A stretch of DNA of 33,865 nt. Origin: Bradyrhizobium sp. (lineage in GTDB: Bacteria; Pseudomonadota; Alphaproteobacteria; Rhizobiales; Xanthobacteraceae). The DNA is taken from contig JACDAG010000258.1 of NCBI GenBank assembly GCA_013695565.1, positions 1 through 33,865 of the forward strand, read 5' to 3'. The stretch's first letter is position 1, and every line of letters begins with the position of its first letter. The notes under the pieces were generated by a model. That model was not told where the DNA came from. It searched no databases and saw only the letters and a list, made by a program, of their open reading frames with translations. Positions 1 through 8,525 of the stretch are shown piece by piece. The position numbers and the translations under genes were made by a program.

Positions 1-391
1 GGCCGGCGGCCTCGATCTCGTCCTGCAGCTTGGTCATCTCGTCGGCGGTCTCTTCCGAGTAGTTCATCGCCAGTTCGTTGTAGCGATCGAGGATCGCCTT
101 TTGCTTGGCGACGCCCAGCATGACGTTCTCGCGGACCGTCTTGGTCTCATCGAGATGCGGTTCCTGTTCGAGGTAGCCGACCCGGGCGCCCTCGGCGACC
201 CAGGCCTCGCCGTTATATTCCTTGTCGAGGCCGGCCATGATCCGCAGCAAGGTCGATTTGCCGGAACCGTTGACGCCGAGCACGCCGATCTTGGCGTCCG
301 GGTAGAACGACAGATGGACGTTATCGAGCACCTTCCGGGTCGGGTAGCTCTTGGTCAGACCCTGCATGAAATAGACGAACTGGCGAGCCAT
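1..391 (-). CDS. ettA: Energy-dependent translational throttle protein EttA (ABC-F ATPase), 5' part; runs off the window start
   Basis: Manual translation of the minus strand from ATG 391: MARQFVYFMQGLTKSYPTRKVLDNVHLSFYPDAKIGVLGVNGSGKSTLLRIMAG...GYLEQEP, with Walker A GVNGSGKST and the typical EttA N-terminus. AGGA upstream. Absent from the ORF track because it is truncated. Confidence 0.93.
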   Translation of the reverse strand, partial: MARQFVYFMQGLTKSYPTRKVLDNVHLSFYPDAKIGVLGVNGSGKSTLLRIMAGLDKEYNGEAWVAEGARVGYLEQEPHLDETKTVRENVMLGVAKQKAILDRYNELAMNYSEETADEMTKLQDEIEAAG

Positions 392-664
392 CGCGGTCCT
401 TTGAAACCAGAGGATTTTGGGAAATTTGCTGCCGCTGATGTAACGGCGCGGCCCCCAAAGGGCAACCGCAGGAACCCGTTTTCTGTCTGTTCACCACGGA
501 TGAATACGGGGTGGTCACCATGTGTGCGCAGGCACACCCATTGTGTGCCTTACATCACGGTATTTGAAACTAACTTTTAATAAATCGGGCGAAAACTGGT
601 TTTCGGGACGTCTAACAGGGTGTCCAAGCGGCAAAGGCCGCGACTGAAATCAAGGGCTCGGGTC

Positions 665-856
665 ATGGCTACGATCAATTCGGCAACCCTCTCCACCCCG
701 GCGCACAGCCACGGGCTGGCCAAGCCGTTCGCCGAAATCCGCGCCTTCTGGCGCCAGTTCGTGGCCAAGGCGTTCAATCCTTACCGCCCGGAACTGCACT
801 ATATGCGCGGCCCCGGCCCCGCCTGGCGCGCCAAGCACCTCGCTCGTTCGAACTGA
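665..856 (+). CDS. Small hypothetical protein (63 aa) with C-terminal PYRPELHYMRGPGP motif
   Basis: ATG 665 within track ORF 620..856; GC3-rich codon usage; divergent from ettA across an AT-richer spacer. Confidence 0.7.
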   Translation: MATINSATLSTPAHSHGLAKPFAEIRAFWRQFVAKAFNPYRPELHYMRGPGPAWRAKHLARSN

Positions 857-888
857 GCTTCCCGGAATTTTGAGGTAGAGACTTTTGT

Positions 889-940
889 TTGACGCGTTTT
901 CTTAACGCGAACCGGTCCTCACTTCGCTTAAAAACGCTAT
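889..940. repeat. Intergenic REP-like element (TTGACGCGTTTTC...AAAACGCTAT type)
   Basis: Imperfect palindrome gcgttttcttaacgcgaaccggt...aaaacgc; resembles a Rhizobiales interspersed repeat (from recollection). Confidence 0.55.
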
Positions 941-1043
941 TCCCGCTTCCAAGTCCGCTTGCGCGCCCTCCGTTTGCGCGCGACCATGGCCCCTTCCCTG
1001 ACGGCCCATTCCGCCGTCACCCTCGCCATGAACGGACCTCCCA

Positions 1044-2003
1044 ATGACGCGGCTGCGCTGTGCAATCCTCGACGACTATCTCAATGTGGCCCTGAAGGTC
1101 GCGGACTGGTCCCACATCGCCGACCGGGTCGATGTCACCGTCTTCAACCAGCCGTTTGCGACCACGGAAGCCGCCGCCCAGGCGCTGAAGGATTTCGAGA
1201 TCATCTGCGCGATGCGCGAACGCACGCCGTTTCCGCGCACGATGTTTGCAGCGCTGCCAAACCTCAAGCTGATGATCACATCGGGCATGCGCAATGCCGC
1301 GATCGACATGGAAGCCGCCAAGGACCATGGCGTGGTGTTGTGTGGCACCCAATGGGGCCGCGATCCCACCGCGCCCCTGACCATGGGACTGATCCTGGAA
1401 CTGACCCGCAACATCGGCCGCGAGAACGCCCGCATGCATGCCGGCGAACCCTTGCAGAAATTCGTCGGCATGGAGATCGAGGGTCGCACGCTCGGCGTCA
1501 TTGGACTAGGCAAGCTCGGCACCAAGGTGTCGAAACTGGCGCAGGCCTTTGGGATGAACGTGATCGCCTGGAGCCCGAACCTGACGCCCGAGAAATGCAA
1601 GGAGGCCGGTGTCGGCTACGCCTCCAAGGAAGAACTGTTCGCGACATCAGACATCGTCACCATCCATGTGGTGCTGAGCCAGCGCTCGCGCGGGCTGGTC
1701 GGGCGCGAAGACCTCGCCCGCATGAAGCCGACCGCCTATCTCGTCAACACCGCGCGCGGACCGATCGTCGACGAAGGCGCGCTATTGGAAGCGCTGACGC
1801 AGAACAGAATCGCGGGCGCCGGCATCGACGTGTTCGCGGTCGAGCCGCTGCCGGTCGAGCATCCCTTCCGCAAACTCGACAACATGGTGCTGACGCCGCA
1901 TCTCGGCTACGTCACCGAAGACAGTTTTCGCGGTCATTACCGCCAGATGGTCGAAGGCATCGACGCCTGGTTCAAGGGCGAGGCGCCGAGGAAGCTGGTC
2001 TGA
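1044..2003 (+). CDS. D-2-hydroxyacid dehydrogenase family protein (SerA-like, NAD-binding)
   Basis: GVIGLGKLG Rossmann motif, VNTARGPIVDE, DVFAVEPLP, catalytic TPHLG; 319 aa. Confidence 0.93.
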   Translation: MTRLRCAILDDYLNVALKVADWSHIADRVDVTVFNQPFATTEAAAQALKDFEIICAMRERTPFPRTMFAALPNLKLMITSGMRNAAIDMEAAKDHGVVLCGTQWGRDPTAPLTMGLILELTRNIGRENARMHAGEPLQKFVGMEIEGRTLGVIGLGKLGTKVSKLAQAFGMNVIAWSPNLTPEKCKEAGVGYASKEELFATSDIVTIHVVLSQRSRGLVGREDLARMKPTAYLVNTARGPIVDEGALLEALTQNRIAGAGIDVFAVEPLPVEHPFRKLDNMVLTPHLGYVTEDSFRGHYRQMVEGIDAWFKGEAPRKLV

Positions 2004-2019
2004 GATGGTGCGGGTCTCG

Positions 2020-2215
2020 CTCCCAAACAAAAATATCGAAAACAACCCCATGCAAAGTAACAGGCGGCCGCCGGCATCGATATTTTGAGCGTTGACACGT
2101 CGGGCAAATCACAGGCACATCTTCATGATCCCGTCATCTGCTGACCGCCCACAAGCTGCGCTCCCTCGACGCTGCGCAGTATGAAATGCCGCGCCGCTGA
2201 TCCGGGGTCCATGAA
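2020..2215. repeat. Composite remnants of interspersed repeats (CGAAAACAACCCCATGCAAAGT, TTGACACGTCGGGCAAATCA, GCGCCGCTGATCCGGGGTCC)
   Basis: Non-coding; the motifs are recalled as common Bradyrhizobium intergenic repeats. Single copies in this window, so not confirmable here. Confidence 0.4.
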
Positions 2216-2447
2216 ACGCTGTGGCGATGATGACGGAGGCTGGCCACCGGTCTCGGCGACCTCCCTTCGAAATTGCTCTCCTCCGTGTTCCGACAAAGCG
2301 GCCCGAACCGTGATCGAGAGCCCGGATGGTCTTGAACTAGTACCCGGAATCTAGGGTTCGTGAAAAGACGCATCATGCTAACCGACTCTGAAGACTCGCA
2401 ATTTTACGTCGCGTCTGACTCACTTGTCTTCGATATTGGGTACTAGG

Positions 2448-2462
2448 TACTGAATATCAGTA
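2448..2462 (+). promoter_or_regulatory. Candidate toxin-antitoxin operator TACTGA-ATA-TCAGTA
   Basis: Perfect 6-bp inverted repeat with 3-bp spacer, 21 bp upstream of the toxin ATG, overlapping a -10-like TATAGT (2461-2466). Confidence 0.55.
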
Positions 2463-2483
2463 TAGTCGAGATCGGGGATCGCG

Positions 2484-2750
2484 ATGGACTTCGAATGGGA
2501 CAGAGCCAAGCAGTTGGCCAACCGGAAGAAGCACGGTGTCGACTTTCGAATGGCAGCGAAAGTGTTCTTGGACTCCTATGTGATCGAGTTCGATGATCTC
2601 GACGCCACTGGTGAGTAGCGTTCCAACGCGATCGGCTTGGTCGATGGCCGAATGCTATTCGTCACTTATACGATGAGAGGCGACATCGTTCGCATCATAT
2701 CGGCCAGAGGAGCGGAGCCGCATGAAAAGAGGAAGTATCACGAGATTTAA
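2484..2750 (+). pseudogene. brnT: BrnT-family (RelE-like) ribonuclease toxin interrupted by in-frame TAG at codon 45 (2616-2618)
   Basis: Manual translation: MDFEWDRAKQLANRKKHGVDFRMAAKVFLDSYVIEFDDLDATGE*RSNAIGLVDGRMLFVTYTMRGDIVRIISARGAEPHEKRKYHEI*. FEWD..K...N..KHG.DF and RIISAR are BrnT hallmarks. Confidence 0.88.
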
Positions 2751-3078
2751 GCTCAACCCGAAGAAGCCGCCAAAGAGCGATTGGCGCGCCTTCGACGCCA
2801 TGAGTGAAGGGGCGCGCCATCGTGCCGCCGTTTCGGACCCAGATGCTCTGCCGGCAACGGAGGCGCAGCTTGCCCGTGCTCGTCGTGTGCCGAGTGTGCG
2901 CACGCTGCGCAAGAAGCTGAACTTGACGCAGGAACAGTTTTCGGCGCGTTTCCACCTCCCGCTCGGAACCGTGCGAGATTGGGAGCAAGGCGCGCACCGC
3001 CCCGACAAGGCGGCCCAGGTGCTGCTCACAGTTATCGCCAAAGATCCGGACGCTGTGGCGCGGGCTCTCAAGAACTAA
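2722..3078 (+). CDS. Cro/C1-type HTH antitoxin (HigA/MqsA-like)
   Basis: LRKKLNLTQEQFSARFHLPLGTVRDWEQG XRE-type HTH; overlaps the toxin 3' end by 29 nt. Confidence 0.88.
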   Translation: MKRGSITRFKLNPKKPPKSDWRAFDAMSEGARHRAAVSDPDALPATEAQLARARRVPSVRTLRKKLNLTQEQFSARFHLPLGTVRDWEQGAHRPDKAAQVLLTVIAKDPDAVARALKN

Positions 3079-3131
3079 TCTTTTCGGATTGTGACCGAGA
3101 CGCGGCGCCGAGGAAGCTTGCGCGCACAACC

Positions 3132-3211
3132 GTCATTGCGAGCGAAGCGAAGCAATCCATCTCACCGCGCCAAGAAAGAATGGATTGCCGTCGCTCGCTC
3201 CTCGCAATGAC
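3132..3211. repeat. REP-like palindromic element, family A (GTCATTGCGAG...CTCGCAATGAC)
   Basis: 11-bp terminal inverted repeats plus internal GCAATCCAT/ATGGATTGC; related copies at 9730, 24004 and 28922. Confidence 0.9.
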
Positions 3212-3215
3212 CAAC

Positions 3216-3241
3216 AAAAAGGCCCGCTGTGCGGGCCTTTT
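3216..3241. terminator. Bidirectional rho-independent terminator
   Basis: AAAAAGGCCCGC-TGT-GCGGGCCTTTT between the convergent antitoxin and L,D-transpeptidase genes. Confidence 0.85.
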
Positions 3242-3264
3242 CAGTAGCGATCACGTCTGTGCTG

Positions 3265-4503
3265 TTAGCGCACCGTCACCGGTGCGGGCAGCGGGGGCAC
3301 CACGGTCGGCTGCATGCCGGGAACCGGGGCGAGTTGGGCCTGTGCCGGCGCGCCCTGCGCATTGGCCGGAGCCAAGCCTTGAGCAGGCGCCAAACCCTGG
3401 GCGGGTGCGACCGAAGCGGTCGCGGTTCCCGGGGGCGGGCCACCGGGCATCACGACGACGCGGGTGCCGACCTTGACGCGTTCGAACAGGTCCGAGACGT
3501 CCTCGTTCAGCATTCCGATACAGCCCGACGAGACGAACTTGCCGATCGTCGACGGCTGGTTGGTGCCGTGGATGCGGTAGACGGTCGAACCGAGATACAT
3601 CGCGCGCGCCCCCATCGGATTACCGGGGCCACCGGCCATGAAGCGCGGCAGATAGGGTTGGCGCTCGATCATCTCGGTCGGCGGATGCCAATCCGGCCAC
3701 TCGGCCTTGCGGGTAACCTTCTGCACGCCGGTCCAGGTGAAGCCATCGCGGCCGACGCGGACGCCGTAGCGCATCGCACGGCCACCACCCAGCACGTAAT
3801 AGAGGTAGGTGTTCGGCGTATCGACGACCAGCGTGCCCGCGGGCTCCTTGGTCGCGAACGAAACTTCCTGGCGGCGGAGATGGGGCGGGAGCTGCGCAGG
3901 GCCGACTTCCGGCTGTTCTTCCGGCGGCAGCGCGGACAATACCAACGGCTTGCCGTCGGCGCCCACAGCAGGCTGCTGCGGCTGCACGGCGCCGGTGACG
4001 GAGGGACCGCCGCCGACCGCTTCCGGCGGACGCAAACGATCGTCGGAGGGATAGACGACGCCGGCCGCGGGAACACGACCGTCGCCACGGTCCGAGTAGA
4101 TCACCGGCGGCGGACCGGCGGGACGGCCGTAACGCGGATCATCCGGCGAAAGAACGGGACCGGTGGGCATCGGCGGGCCACGGTCGGAATAGACAGGCGC
4201 GCCCATCGGGCGGCCATAGCGGGGATCGTTCGGCGACAGCACGGGACCGAGACCGGGCGGCGACATCGCAGTCGAACTCGGGCCGTTCGGCGCATCGTCG
4301 TCGTCTTCCAGGGCATCGAAATCGGGCGCACCGGGACGGCGGCGTTCATCGACGACATAACCACCGGGCACATACGGCCCCGGCGGCGCCGAATAGACCG
4401 AGCCTGGGGGCACCGGATAGCCCTGCTGGGCAAGGGCAAGCGAAGTTCCCGCCGAGGCAGCAGCGACGGCAGCGCAGATCGTCAGGATACGGTTAATCAT
4501 CAT
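3265..4503 (-). CDS. L,D-transpeptidase (YkuD family) with signal peptide and long Pro/Gly-rich N-terminal region
   Basis: GTLVVDT...RYGVRVGR, GGPGNPMGARAMYL and catalytic HGTNQPSTIGKFVSSGC; signal peptide ends in ALA-Q. Start taken at MMINRILT. Confidence 0.92.
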   Translation of the reverse strand: MMINRILTICAAVAAASAGTSLALAQQGYPVPPGSVYSAPPGPYVPGGYVVDERRRPGAPDFDALEDDDDAPNGPSSTAMSPPGLGPVLSPNDPRYGRPMGAPVYSDRGPPMPTGPVLSPDDPRYGRPAGPPPVIYSDRGDGRVPAAGVVYPSDDRLRPPEAVGGGPSVTGAVQPQQPAVGADGKPLVLSALPPEEQPEVGPAQLPPHLRRQEVSFATKEPAGTLVVDTPNTYLYYVLGGGRAMRYGVRVGRDGFTWTGVQKVTRKAEWPDWHPPTEMIERQPYLPRFMAGGPGNPMGARAMYLGSTVYRIHGTNQPSTIGKFVSSGCIGMLNEDVSDLFERVKVGTRVVVMPGGPPPGTATASVAPAQGLAPAQGLAPANAQGAPAQAQLAPVPGMQPTVVPPLPAPVTVR

Positions 4504-4840
4504 CGCTCTTGTATAGTCCCCAAGCCACACCGGACCGTTAACGGCAGATGGCGGAAGATAGCGGCGCATTCAAGACAAATCAGCGAAATTCGGCCCAAAT
4601 CGGTCATTTTGTGATCACCCGTGAGCGTTGCGACAAAGATGCCGCACGGCGCGAAAAACGCGGCGCATCGGCGTATCGGCGCCGTCGCCCGCCCATTTTG
4701 TAACAAACAGGTTCGAGACCTTGAGATATCCTCGAATCGGGCTGATTCGCCGTGCGAATCCCGTCGCTTCCAGTGGTCACCGCGTTCCCTTCGGCATCAA
4801 CAGCCCTGCAGACCTTCCCGGCAAGGCGGAACTCGCGTCC

Positions 4841-5698
4841 ATGCTCCCCGGTTTTCGTTTTCTGTTCGCCGCGATCGTGCTGTCGATGTCGGTTCTGATC
4901 TTCGGGCTTGGCGCGGCGGCGCTGCTGCGGGCCGCGCATGAGCAATTCGCCAGCATCCCGTCACGGCGGGCGCCGCCTGAACCGGTATTTGCCCGACAAA
5001 ACGAACAACCGCCGCTGGTGCCAACGCTGGCCCTGCTGCGCGTCGAGCCTGAGGTCGCGGAGAAGCTGCCGGACAATGTCGCCATTGCGCTTCCGGAGAC
5101 CGTGAAGCCGGCTCCGGAGACCGTGAAGCCGGCTCCGGAGACCGTGAATACGTCTCCGGACATCGTGACGCCGGCCGCGCAAGCGCCGGAAGCCGAGCCG
5201 GAAAAACTGGCCGCGCTGAAAACGGAAGAGCCTGTGCAGGCTGAACCGCTGAAGCCGGAAATTCCGGCGGCAGAAACGACGCCAGCCGCTCAAGCCCCGC
5301 CGGTTGAAACGCCTGCTGCCGAGACACCGGCTGCCGATCAGGAAGTGAAGCTCGCGCAGGAAGTGAAGCTCGCGGCCATTGCGGAAACGCCGCCGCCGGC
5401 GAGCGTCGCCACCCCGACCGCCGCTGCACCGGTGGCGGCAGCGCCGACGCTCGAGGGCAACAACGCCGCGTTGAAGATCGCGACGCTCGGCGGTCCTGCC
5501 GTAACCATCAAGGAAACCGCCACGGCGAAAGCAACCAGCGCAAAGCCAAAGGACCGCAGCGTCAACCGGGAACGGGCGCAGCGCGCCAAGGAGCGCCGGC
5601 GCATCGCGGCGCGACGCGCGCTACTGGCGCGGCAGACCGCGGCCCAGCAGCAGGCCGATCCGTTCGCAACCACGCCAGTCGCGCGCAGCAGACAGTAA
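4841..5698 (+). CDS. Hypothetical membrane-anchored Pro/Ala/Glu-rich protein
   Basis: ATG 4841; N-terminal hydrophobic helix FRFLFAAIVLSMSVLIFGLGAAALL, low-complexity linker, basic C-terminus. Confidence 0.8.
   Translation: MLPGFRFLFAAIVLSMSVLIFGLGAAALLRAAHEQFASIPSRRAPPEPVFARQNEQPPLVPTLALLRVEPEVAEKLPDNVAIALPETVKPAPETVKPAPETVNTSPDIVTPAAQAPEAEPEKLAALKTEEPVQAEPLKPEIPAAETTPAAQAPPVETPAAETPAADQEVKLAQEVKLAAIAETPPPASVATPTAAAPVAAAPTLEGNNAALKIATLGGPAVTIKETATAKATSAKPKDRSVNRERAQRAKERRRIAARRALLARQTAAQQQADPFATTPVARSRQ
5092..5148 (+). repeat. In-frame 21-bp tandem repeat (about 2.7 copies; PETVKPA)
   Basis: tccggagaccgtgaagccggc x2 plus tccggagaccgtgaa. Confidence 0.95.
5339..5374 (+). repeat. In-frame perfect 18-bp tandem duplication (QEVKLA x2)
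   Basis: caggaagtgaagctcgcg x2. Confidence 0.95.
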
Positions 5699-5710
5699 GA
5701 CGCGCGCCGT

Positions 5711-6568
5711 TCAGGTGGGGCCGGTCGCAACCGGCGGTCCATCCTGCATGCCCCATTCGGACCATGAGCCGTCATAGAGCGCGCTGCCGCGCACGCCGAG
5801 GCGATAGAGCGCCAGCGTCAGCACCAGCGCGGAGACGCCGGAGCCGCAACTGGTCACGATCGGCGCGTCGAGCTTGACGCCGGCGCCGGCAAACACCGCG
5901 CGCAATTCGTCTAATGATTTCATCGCGCCGGTCGAAGCATCGAACAGCTGATTGTAGGGCACGCTAAAACTGCCGGGAATATGACCGGAACGCAGGCCCG
6001 GCCGCGGCTCGGGCACCTTGCCCTGATAGCGGTCATTAGCGCGCGCATCGAGCACCTGCTCGGCGTTGCTTTCGAGGTTTGCGACCATCTGTCCGACGTT
6101 GCGCGTGTATCGCGGGTCGAAGGTCGCCTTGAACGTCGTCGGCTTCGGCGTGATCTCGCCACTCTCGACGTTGCGGCCTTCGGCACGCCACTTCTTCAGG
6201 CCGCCATTCAGGATGCGGACGTTTTGGTGTCCGAACGACAGCAACATCCACCACACGCGGGGGGCTGCGACCCATCCGCCGGAGTCATAAAGCACGACCG
6301 TATCGTCATTGCTGATGCCGAGCCCGCCGACATCGCGACCGAACTGCTCGGCGCCCGGGAACATGTGCGGCAGCGGATTGGAATGATCGGACACCGCATC
6401 GACGTCGAAGAAGACAGCACCGGGAAGATGGGCGGCGAGATAGTCGTCCTTCGGCAGCGGCAGGATGCCCGGCATCTTGAACGACGCGTCGATGATTTTG
6501 ATGTTGGGATCGCCGATATGCGCTGCGAGCCAGTCGGTGGAGACAAGCGGATCGTCGGTGGTGGTCAT
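5711..6568 (-). CDS. sseA: 3-mercaptopyruvate sulfurtransferase (two-domain rhodanese)
   Basis: LVSTDWL, HLPGAVFFD, GHIPGS, active site CGSGVSA, LYDGSWSEW. The track ORF's extra N-terminus runs through a REP, so the start is placed at 6568. Confidence 0.93.
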   Translation of the reverse strand: MTTTDDPLVSTDWLAAHIGDPNIKIIDASFKMPGILPLPKDDYLAAHLPGAVFFDVDAVSDHSNPLPHMFPGAEQFGRDVGGLGISNDDTVVLYDSGGWVAAPRVWWMLLSFGHQNVRILNGGLKKWRAEGRNVESGEITPKPTTFKATFDPRYTRNVGQMVANLESNAEQVLDARANDRYQGKVPEPRPGLRSGHIPGSFSVPYNQLFDASTGAMKSLDELRAVFAGAGVKLDAPIVTSCGSGVSALVLTLALYRLGVRGSALYDGSWSEWGMQDGPPVATGPT

Positions 6569-6586
6569 GTTTGCTTTTTCTTTCTG

Positions 6587-6665
6587 GTCATTCCGGGATG
6601 GTCCGAAGGACCAGACCCGGAATCTCAAGATTCCGGGTTCGCGCTATCGCGCGCCCCGGAATGAC
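6587..6665. repeat. REP-like palindromic element, family B (GTCATTCCGGG...CCCGGAATGAC)
   Basis: Terminal inverted repeats; related copies at 7111, 16653 and 20425. Confidence 0.9.
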
Positions 6666-6675
6666 GATCGGAATG

Positions 6676-7089
6676 CTAACTCTTCCTCTTCGGTTCCCAC
6701 TTCTCGACCGGGCCGCCGGCGTCGCGCCAGGCGGCAAAACCGCCGGCCATGTGGGCGACCGGCTTCAGGCCCATGTCTTTCGCGGTCTTGGCCGCGAGCG
6801 CCGAGCGCATGCCTCCGGCGCAGTGGAAGATGAATTTCTTGTCCTCCTGGAACACCGGCTTGGCGTAGGGGCTTTCCGGGTCGATCCAGAATTCCAGCAT
6901 GCCGCGGGTGCAGGAGAAGGCGCCGGGGATGCGGCCGTCGCGCTCGATCTCGCGGGGGTCGCGGATATCGACGATGATAACGTCGCGGCCGGAAGCAGCC
7001 TTGATCGCGTCGGCGGCACTGACGGTTTCGATCTCGGCGTTGGCTTCGTCGATCAGGGATTTGATACCGCGGTGGATGGTCTGGGGCAT
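6676..7089 (-). CDS. Single-domain rhodanese-like protein
   Basis: IVDIRDPRE, GRIPGA, active site HCAGGMRS, GGFAAW. Confidence 0.92.
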   Translation of the reverse strand: MPQTIHRGIKSLIDEANAEIETVSAADAIKAASGRDVIIVDIRDPREIERDGRIPGAFSCTRGMLEFWIDPESPYAKPVFQEDKKFIFHCAGGMRSALAAKTAKDMGLKPVAHMAGGFAAWRDAGGPVEKWEPKRKS

Positions 7090-7110
7090 TGATTGTTACC
7101 TCCCGATTCT

Positions 7111-7190
7111 GTCATTCCGGGATGGTCCGAAGGACCAGACCCGGAATCTCGAGATTCCGGATTCGATGCTGCGCATCGCCTCGGAATGAC
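7111..7190. repeat. REP-like palindromic element, family B
   Basis: First 50 bp match 6587-6636 with one mismatch, in the same orientation. Confidence 0.9.
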
Positions 7191-7201
7191 GTTGAAGATT
7201 T

Positions 7202-8377
7202 CTACCGCACCAATTCCTTCATCGCGCCTTCGAGGCCTTCGATCGTGATCGGGTACATCCGATCCGAGAACAGCCGGCGGATGATGGTGGTGGATTCCGA
7301 ATAGTCCCAGTGCTTCTGCGCTACCGGATTGAGCCACACCGAGTGATGATAGGTGCGCGTGATGCGATCGAGCCAGACCGAGCCCGCTTCCTCGTTGACA
7401 TGCTCGACCGAGCCCCCGGGCACCATGATCTCGTAAGGCGACATCGAGGCGTCGCCGACGAACACCACCTTGTAGTCGTGCGGGTATTTATGCAGCACGT
7501 CCCAGGTCGGGGTGCGGTCGGTAAAGCGCCGCTTGTTCTGCTTCCAGACGCCTTCATAGAGGCAGTTGTGGAAGTAGAAATACTCCATGTGCTTGAATTC
7601 GGTCTTCGCGGCCGAGAATAGCTCTTCGACCTGCTCGATATGCGAATCCATCGAGCCGCCGATGTCGAAGAACACCAGCACCTTGACCGCGTTGCGCCGC
7701 TCGGGGCGCATCACGACGTCGAGATAGCCGTGGTTGGCGGTTTCCTTGATCGTGGAGTCGAGGTCGAGTTCGTCCGGCGCGCCGGTGCGGGCGAATTTGC
7801 GCAGGCGCCGCAGCGCGATCTTGATGTTGCGGATGCCGAGCTCGACATTGCCGTCGAGATCCTTGAACTCGCGCTTGTCCCACACCTTGACGGCGCGGTT
7901 GTTGCGGTTCTTGTCCTGGCCGATCCGCACCCCTTCGGGATTGTAGCCGTGGGCGCCGAACGGCGAGGTGCCGGCGGTGCCGATCCACTTGCTGCCGCCC
8001 TGGTGGCGGCCCTTCTGTTCCTCAAGCCGCTTGCGAAGCGTCTCCATGAGCTTGTCCCAGCCCATCGCTTCGATCTGCTTCTTCTCTTCCTCGGTGAGGT
8101 ATTTTTCCGCGAGCTTCTTCAGCCATTCGGCGGGAATGTCGGCCTTCTCCATGGCGTCGAGCAGGTTCTCCAGCCCCTTGAACACGGAGCCGAACACGCG
8201 GTCGAACTTGTCGAGGTTGCGCTCGTCCTTCACCAAGGCGGCGCGGGAGAGGTAATAGAAATTCTCCACCGTCTGATCGGCGAGGTCGGCGTCGAGCGCC
8301 TCCATCAGCGTCAAATATTCACGTAAGGTCACCGGGACCTGTGCGTCGCGCAGCGATGTGAAGAATTGCAAGAACAT
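7202..8377 (-). CDS. VWA domain-containing protein (CoxE-like, MoxR-associated)
   Basis: MIDAS-like FDIGGSM and VFVGDASM; HQGGSKWIGTAGTSPFG conserved block; 391 aa. Confidence 0.88.
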   Translation of the reverse strand: MFLQFFTSLRDAQVPVTLREYLTLMEALDADLADQTVENFYYLSRAALVKDERNLDKFDRVFGSVFKGLENLLDAMEKADIPAEWLKKLAEKYLTEEEKKQIEAMGWDKLMETLRKRLEEQKGRHQGGSKWIGTAGTSPFGAHGYNPEGVRIGQDKNRNNRAVKVWDKREFKDLDGNVELGIRNIKIALRRLRKFARTGAPDELDLDSTIKETANHGYLDVVMRPERRNAVKVLVFFDIGGSMDSHIEQVEELFSAAKTEFKHMEYFYFHNCLYEGVWKQNKRRFTDRTPTWDVLHKYPHDYKVVFVGDASMSPYEIMVPGGSVEHVNEEAGSVWLDRITRTYHHSVWLNPVAQKHWDYSESTTIIRRLFSDRMYPITIEGLEGAMKELVR

Positions 8378-8525
8378 GGAATACAGATTGCCCGCCGGGC
8401 CGCTGGCGTCAAGGGCCCGCGGATACCGGCCAGGAAGCGCCCGCGCATACCAGACAGGCCTAGACCGGGAGGGTTTTTCCTCTAGAATTGAACCATAAAG
8501 GGCTTATTCCGGCAGGGGAAATTCA

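Noticed and set aside
101-580. 159-aa plus-strand ORF
   Set aside because: Antisense to ettA, which carries the real motifs.
2616-2618. In-frame TAG as pyrrolysine recoding
   Set aside because: No pyl genes in the window and not expected for this lineage; a nonsense mutation in a toxin is simpler.
3229-4614. Long opposite-strand or off-frame ORFs (e.g. 3229-4614, 8751-9668, 9732-11279, 14507-16006, 18196-19308, 32578-33558)
   Set aside because: Shadow frames of well-supported genes in high-GC DNA; no recognisable motifs.
6569-6628. N-terminal extensions in the ORF track for sseA, GNAT, vanA, phaZ, SnoaL and FNT
   Set aside because: They run through REPs, promoters or neighbouring genes; downstream ATGs match family N-termini and mostly have an RBS.
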